DNA of 64,000 nt from NCBI GenBank assembly GCA_020137815.1, contig CM035357.1, forward strand, positions 3,782,001-3,846,000, given 5' to 3'. The DNA comes from Hormiphora californensis. Its lineage: Eukaryota > Animalia > Ctenophora. Shown one piece after another: positions 57,101 to 64,000 of this stretch. The position numbers were made by a program, and so were the translations under genes. Position 1 is the stretch's first letter. The number at the start of each line of letters is the position of its first letter. The notes under the pieces were generated by a model that ran no database searches, was not told where the DNA came from, and worked only from the letters and a program-made list of their open reading frames with translations.

Positions 57101-59004
57101 GTCAAACCTCGATTTACCAGGATGCTCGGGGAAAGGGGTTTTTCCGGTAAATCCCGGGGTTCGACTATATAGTGTATATGTCGTTATAGTATAGTTACTG
57201 TACATTTTAACCCCTGCAAACTCGTTATTTAAATCAAGGCACACCCCTTTTAAGAGTTTTGACTGCAACTCAGGGACAGCTGTGAAAATTCTTCTGGAGA
57301 TCGAGAGGGGTATATTTTTACAGGGCTACAATTATGTCATTGCACCGTATTTCGTAATTAGGTATGGATTTGGAAATCATTTCAACATTTCTAATTATTG
57401 CGGGGTACTAAAGATTAGGGAAAGACGTCGTTGTTATATCAAAGATTAGATAGAGGAACACATATAGGGACTAGGGAGGGGTCGTGATCGAGTGAACACT
57501 CCCTTTCAACGCCATATGGCACCCTTGTGTGTGTTGTAATTATTGATATAATTGCACTAGGTTCTCATTCCGACAGCTATATATTTACACCTAGAACTGT
57601 CTTTTAGGTCATTGTTTTATCAACTCATCAACTATTTATATGTAGATCATCTCACCTCGTCCTCGTACCCGTACTGACAGTTGCCTGTTAAGCTAATATA
57701 TTAAGTTTCCCTTAAGTTAATACTTATTTGTTCTAACCCTTCTTTACATTTGTTTCACGGGCGGGGTGCGCGAAACACAGTCTAGCTAGGCAAATACTAT
57801 TGTGCAGATTAATCATTGTGCAGGCATGTGATCAGAATTAGAACACGATTGAAAATGTGAACAATTCTGGATACCATCTATAGTTGTAATAGCTCTATAA
57901 ATTAATCACATTTCTATACTTCATACTTCGTACTTGCACTTCACTGCAATCGTGATTGCATCACTATTGCAGTAAACTTTGTAGAGACGATTGGGTCACA
58001 CTAGGTGATCCAGTAATTTGACACCATTTAGCGTCTTTCTAGACCATGTTTAAAAATTTTAAATCGTTTCCAGGGTTAAAACATGCATAGCTATTTCAGG
58101 ATATATCTTAGCTGTTTGATTTTCATGGTCTTTTACATTATCTCTGGTCATTCCGTGTGTGGTTCACACCGTATTTCATAAAATAACGAGTGCGCTCTGT
58201 GAGGGGCTCTTCGACGAAACTGGTTCGGTAGATCAAGTCATTCCAATACATGTTCTACTTAAGGGACCATGGTCTTGGTTACGAAATAACCCCTCGCCTC
58301 GCGACCTTTACCAACTAAAGCCTAGCCCCCACCCTAACCTCAATTCAAATGTCTACTGGTAATTGTGGAATCTGATAGTGCACATATCTCTTCTAGCTCT
58401 ATAACCTTTCTCTATCATCAACACTGTGCAGTTCCCAACTTTCTCTCTCTCAATCGCCCTTGTTGACAGCTTCTCTAGCTGAGGATTGTTTAAACTTTAC
58501 ACACCACAACTCTTAACTCCTCCTAAGCTCAGGACCGAGGTCGCGGGTATAGAGCAAAACTCTGTTGTCTGGCGGCGCCTACCCAATCTGAGTTTACTGA
58601 GAATCAAAACCAAAAACGGGGTCTGGCGGTGCCAGATAGTAAGAAATATAATCCTTAGATAAAATTGTAAGCCCTAGATACATTTGAAATTTACTAGAGA
58701 GGCTGGTCCGTTCAAAATATAAAATAGTTGATATGCGTGACTGCGTTTGTGAATAGTGTTGAACCGGCCTATCAACACATTGCAGACTGTAGTGAAATGA
58801 ATGTACACATTGAGAATGAAGAATCTGAGATGAAATATGGGTATATACCTACTACATGGACTGGTTTATGGATTGGTATGGATTGGTATGGATTGGTTTG
58901 GATTGGTATGGATTGGTACATGGACTGGTATATAATGGATTGGTTTGGATTGGTCTGGATTGTTTAAAGTACATTGTACATTTAACAATACATTGTACAT
59001 TTAC

Positions 59005-59145
59005 CTCGGTTCTTCTCCAGTGAAATGTGGTCTCGTTGTACTGGCTGGTCCCTGACAGGTCCCTTTGCTGATGGAATCTCTGTTCTGGGGCTCCTCGGGC
59101 AGGTCGGTTATATAGGATGGTAGTTAAAATTAGGATGGCTATCAT
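59005..59145 (-). CDS. Candidate first exon with a signal-peptide-like start
   Basis: MIAILILTTILYNRPARG-APEQRF...WRRTE followed by GAG|GTAAAT donor (phase 0). Confidence 0.35.
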
Positions 59146-60092
59146 TATGGGGTTGCTATGGGAATAGTTGAGATATTAATATTAGGATGGCTTATATATG
59201 GCATAGTAATAATCATTGTGGGTTTGATATGGAGAGATAGTTTGATGGGATCATCATTATTATATGTGGTTGCACTATGGGTAATACTATTGGGTGACTA
59301 TCATAGAAAAGCATTCCAGGGTTGTTTGAGGGGGGAGGGGGGTATAGTTATTCGGAAATAATTCCATGATGACTATGTGCCGCCTTAAATACGCATGATT
59401 TCATTTTATATTTGTAGCAACTATTTTTGTTAGTACTAGTATGATAATTTAGGTCGTTCGCACTTTTTGGCGCCAACTTGTCCGACTGTACCAAATAATA
59501 ATCATTGTGGGTTTGTTATGTGGAGAGTACGTTGGGATGGCTTTCAACATTATTATATGTGGTGGTATATATGGGATAATATTATTGGATTGCTATCAAT
59601 GATAGTAATCCAATGATAATAGAAAACTAGCACTAATCCAGGGTTTCCTAACCCTCTTTTCGCGAGGGTTTGAACAAAACAAGGCGACACCTAGTCATCA
59701 TGGAATCGTTGCTAAATCATCCCCCCTCCTCTACTCCTCAAATCCCCCTGGATATAAATACTTGGGAAGCTTTTCCTGATGATATAGTAACCCATCAGTT
59801 ACACCATATGGATTTATTCTTGAATAACCGCTTTGTGGGGGGTGGGGATATTTGGGCCAAAGAGACTGCACCTGTATGTTGTTACAATTTGATCCACGGT
59901 ATTCCCAGCTGTTTACTATTTTATGAATTGTAAAAGTCTAGCTGGTTGTCGTATAAATGACTATCAATTAGTTACGCGTTTGCCTCATTTACGCGTTTGT
60001 AATAACCACAAATTAATGAATAACGGATTAGCAAGATATAGGGCGGGGGACAATGAGAAGCTGCGATTTCGTGGTTTATAAGTTATCTCAGT

Positions 60093-60106
60093 GAGAGAGA
60101 GAGAGA

Positions 60107-60188
<82 letters not shown>

Positions 60189-60195
60189 GAGAGTC
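60093..60195. repeat. (GA)n microsatellite
   Basis: Dinucleotide run upstream of the peptide gene promoter. Confidence 0.95.
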
Positions 60196-60315
60196 AGAGA
60201 CTTGCGGTGCCACTCTGTGGTCCATATAGGAGCTACTATCATAACTCAGCTAGGAGTGAAAGAGAGAGAGGTAGTGGACTTCTAGGCTAGGGGGGGGGAG
60301 GTGCTACAGATTAGG

Positions 60316-60387
60316 GATTGGCCGGCTAATGGATTCTAATGAGATGCAAATAAGTGACGTCTGCATTGTTTGCTCCCAGTATATAAA
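60316..60387 (+). promoter_or_regulatory. Candidate core promoter of the peptide precursor gene
   Basis: Reverse CCAAT ~60317, octamer ATGCAAAT 60344-60351, CRE-like TGACGTC 60355-60361, TATATAAA 60380-60387; probable 5'UTR intron ending at TTCTAG 60633. Confidence 0.55.
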
Positions 60388-60634
60388 TTAGCTTACCGGT
60401 GCCAACAATTTACAAGCAGCTTAGGGCATTTTGTTGATTTTGAGTAAACCCCAGTTGCTCAACAACTAGTTACCATGCAGCACAATATCTGCTTACTACA
60501 ATTATTTGTTAACTCCATATAGCAGCTTATTGAACCAACTATCACATTAAACTGTGTAGCTTGCTTTTAAATCCTCATTGAAATACTACTATTTTTATAT
60601 TCTTTAAAAAATTTTTAACCAAACTATTTCTAGG

Positions 60635-60937
60635 ATGTATCTGGTTCTGATAGCCCTTTCTTTTGGATTGGTATACCCTCGATCCCTTGAAGATGCTTCG
60701 TGGGACAGACCGGGAGGACTGAGTGAAGATCTAGAGAGCAGCTGGGACAGACCGGGAGGACTAAGTGAAGATCTAGAGAGCAGCTGGGACAGACCGGGAG
60801 GCCTAAGTGAAGATTTTGAATCATGGGACAGGCCTGGCGGGCTCAGCGAAGAGGAATGGGATCGACCTGGTGGCCTAAGTGAAGAGGAATGGGATCGACC
60901 TGGTGGCCTAAGTGAAGAAGAAATGAAGCAAATATAG
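60635..60937 (+). CDS. Probable neuropeptide precursor (signal peptide + 6 x WDRPGGLSE with acidic spacers)
   Basis: Hydrophobic N-terminus; six amino-acid-identical repeats encoded by different synonymous codons; splice acceptor 1 nt before the ATG. Confidence 0.85.
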   Translation: MYLVLIALSFGLVYPRSLEDASWDRPGGLSEDLESSWDRPGGLSEDLESSWDRPGGLSEDFESWDRPGGLSEEEWDRPGGLSEEEWDRPGGLSEEEMKQI

Positions 60938-61519
60938 ACTATTTTAATTTAATGGATGCAATTGCATGACGCATGTGAGTTGTGCAATGTTTTTAATATG
61001 CCTTTTTCCTTCCAAAAGTTGTATTTTTCTTTGGAATCTTTACCCAATTTGGTAAATTTTGCACAAAAATAAATAGTCGTAAGAAAGAAATAGCTGTACG
61101 GACAAATATAAACTCGAATGGGTTTCAAGTTTGACGCTTTGTCCGAAGTTAACATTTTGGCTTGGAGAGAATGTAACAAGATGACTAGGACAAAATCCAT
61201 ATTCCAAAAGTGAAACCAATTATCATGAAGTCAACCCCAACAATGACCAAACCTAACGCATACTGAATGGCTTATAAAAAACCGGTTACATTATTACCCA
61301 TGGACGAAAACTCTAGCTTAACTTTTTAAACGTTTCGTCCGAAAAGTATCAATCCACGTTCCAAGCCCATTAAAATCAGTGAGCTATAGAGTTTCCATCT
61401 AGCACATAAAACAACAGATACTAAAAAATGTGGGATCTAATTCACATCTCTCTCTTCTTCTCTCTTTTCTCTCTCTCTCTTCTCTCTCTCTCTTCTCTCT
61501 CTCTCTCTTCTCTCTTCTT

Positions 61520-63210
61520 TTTTGAAAGCCTCAGGCCAACTAGCATGGTTAGCTTTCTTGATTATGTGTGTAATGTGTGGTTTCCATGTGAGGTCAGGGT
61601 CAACTATCACGCCGAGATCTCTCACTTCTGCCCTTCCGCTGACAACTATGTTGGATGTTAGTTGGTATGGGCTGCTCGTTCCAAGTTCTTTCCGTTGTTG
61701 TAGTAATTGGAACTTGGTGTCGTTGAGTTCCATACTGTTTTCGAGTGCCCAGCTGAAAACATTTTGTAAGTCATCCATCAACAGTTTTGCGATCCATTCC
61801 TCGCTCGACACTGACTTATGTAGCTTGGTGTCATCAGCGAACATCTTCGATTTGCTGTGGAGCACATTAATCTGGTAGGTTATTAATGTATAACACAAAA
61901 AGTAGTGGTCCTAGGACCGTCCCCTGTGGGACTCCAGATCTTTACGGGTCCCGGTTCGATGGTACTCCGTCAACAATGACTGACTGGGTCCTACCCATCA
62001 GGAAGCTTCTAATCCAGTCTAGGAGGTCTCCCCGGATGCCATATCCTGATAGTTTTTCTCTAGAAGGGTGAGATGCATACTTTATCGAATGCTTTCGAAT
62101 AGTCAAGATAGAGCACATCTGCATTCTTCCCATTCTCTAAATCATCGATTACGTCCTCAATGTGCTGGATCAGATGTGATAGACAAGATCTGTTACTCCT
62201 AAAGCCATGCTGGTCCGGCGAGAGGAGGTTGTTCTCCTCCACAAAGTTAACCATCTGCTTCCGGATGACTCTCTCTAGGACCTTAACAAGTTGGCTTGTC
62301 AAGCTAACCGGTCTGTAGTTCGCGGGAGAGCTCTTATTATCCTTCTTGTAAATTGGGACTATTGACTGCTGTTTAAAAATAGACGCAATGTCCCCAGTCT
62401 GTATGGACGCCTGCCACAGCTCCGCCATTACTGGCGCTAAGGCTCTATTGCACTTTTTCAGCATTATTGCTGGGAACTTGTCTGGGCCCGGTGCGGTGTG
62501 GGGAGACAGTTCTTTGATTGCTTCAACGACTGTGTCAGTAGTGATAGTCACACCACTCATAACAGGGGATCCTGGTGGTCCCTGCTCATTAACTGGCCCT
62601 TCGATAGGTTCACTAAACACCTTCTGGTACTGGTCTTGGAGGAGGTTGGCCATGATGGCGGGGTCGGCATGTAGTTCACCATTTTGGTCTTTAAGAGGAC
62701 CAATTCCTGACTTAGATGCCTTGTTCTTCTTTGCGTAGGTGTAGAAAGCTTTTGGATTCACTTTGATCTTTCCCAGGATTTTTCTTTCCTCCCGCAGTCT
62801 GTCTTCGTGGATGTTAGATGCCATGTTTAATTCAATTCGTGAAAGTGCAGTGTACAGTTCCTCAATCCTCTTACACTGTATCGGGCACTCTTTCTCTTTT
62901 TTCTTGGCACCTTTTAGTTTACGTACAAGTGCTCTTTTCTTCACAAGAAGCTTTCTCCGGTGCTTTGGGATCTTCTGAACACGTCTCTTTCGAGAGCCAC
63001 TGTGTTGGGGTACGAATTGGGCACATACTTTTGCAATGGACGATCTGAATTTCTCCCAGGCTTCGTTTTGGTCTTTTGCAGAGGTCACATCAGTCCAATC
63101 TATTTTGTGAAGTGCAATGTTGAGCTCTTCCCATGTCTCCTGGGTAACCTTGTTGAAGTTAAAGTTGTCAAACTCTGACTGCGGTTCGTAGAGTTTGGGC
63201 TCCTCGCTCT
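61520..63210 (-). mobile_element. CR1-like LINE fragment (ORF2 reverse transcriptase, frameshifted)
   Basis: APGPDKFP, PIYKK, NYRPVSLTS, QHGFRSNRSC, LDYSKAFDKV, GVPQGTVLGPLLF, MFADDTKL and RDLGVIVD spread over several frames. Confidence 0.93.
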
Positions 63211-64000
63211 CTCGAGAGAGAGAGATGTTGGTTGGATGGCATAACGGCCATAACGAGCAAATTGTCGCAGATTCTGCCACCCGGTATTGGGTTGAGAACC
63301 ATTTCCTCGCAGATAGTTTAGTAGTTTTGGGGTTCCAAGAAGGCGGAAAAAATTGACAAACGTTCTGATTTAGTTATCTAGAAGAATTTAGTTTTCTAGT
63401 AGCCTCTCAAACTTTCAGGCATCAGGGATATTTTTGGCTGTTCCCTGACTATTACCCTCAAATCTCAGTGAATTGCCATCACTGAGCACGACTGTTTTCC
63501 CCCATTACTGAGCCTTGAGATCTGAGGTCTATAAGTGGTAAATAGCCATGACCCGAACCTGAGATTCGGGCAAAACTGTTTTTCCCATATCACTCCTTCA
63601 AATTATGGACGACAGATCTTCTATCATGAGGCTGGGAATGGAAATATGTATAGTCTGAGGATTCTTGAGATCGGTGAGAGCGATGATGAATAACATGTTT
63701 TACTTTACTTGTTAGCGGGCTTGTATTAATAACTAGCTAGAGCTATAGGACATTATAATGCAAATTAGTTCAAAAACAAACGTTTGGAATAATTATGGCA
63801 TTACAATAACTATATTATAGGCCGTGATTGAAGAAAGCGGTCAAGAAGACTCCAAGACGCAAACTAAAGGCACTGAGTGCTCTCTCAGTTTACATCCGTT
63901 AACATCTTGAGGGAAGTTTTAAAAACACGGGTAAAGAATGACGGAGCGGCGATAGAGAAAGGAACTTGATGAAACCTCATAAGTACACAATTAGGCACTG

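Noticed and set aside
58860-58960. WTG/WIG/WYG repeats as another peptide precursor
   Set aside because: Degenerate (GGATT/GGTAT)n pentamer repeat; no signal peptide or conserved unit.

Overview
This is repeat-rich eukaryotic DNA with short GT-AG introns, most likely from an invertebrate animal; an early-branching lineage such as a ctenophore is only an inference. Genes reconstructed by hand: two partial S-formylglutathione hydrolase (ESD) copies (-); a 14-exon PH-domain docking protein with YxxM and PxxPxR motifs (IRS/DOK/Gab-like, +), plus a 5'-only duplicate; two head-to-head SLC22-like transporter genes forming a ~8.5 kb palindrome; a 14-exon plastin/fimbrin lacking EF-hands, with a nested secreted 6-Cys peptide gene; an MFS transporter split by a transposon; an unknown polybasic/Cys-rich gene; and a probable neuropeptide precursor with 6 x WDRPGGLSE and no dibasic cleavage sites. 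The rest is a dense set of non-autonomous DNA transposons (Harbinger-, Tc1/mariner-, Transib-, hAT-, MULE-, Merlin-, Helitron-like), two LINE fragments and micro/minisatellites. Many elements have readable TSDs, several confirmed by empty sites in the duplicated segments. No rRNA, tRNA or CRISPR was recognised. All gene models come from reading frames and splice signals, with no database searches.
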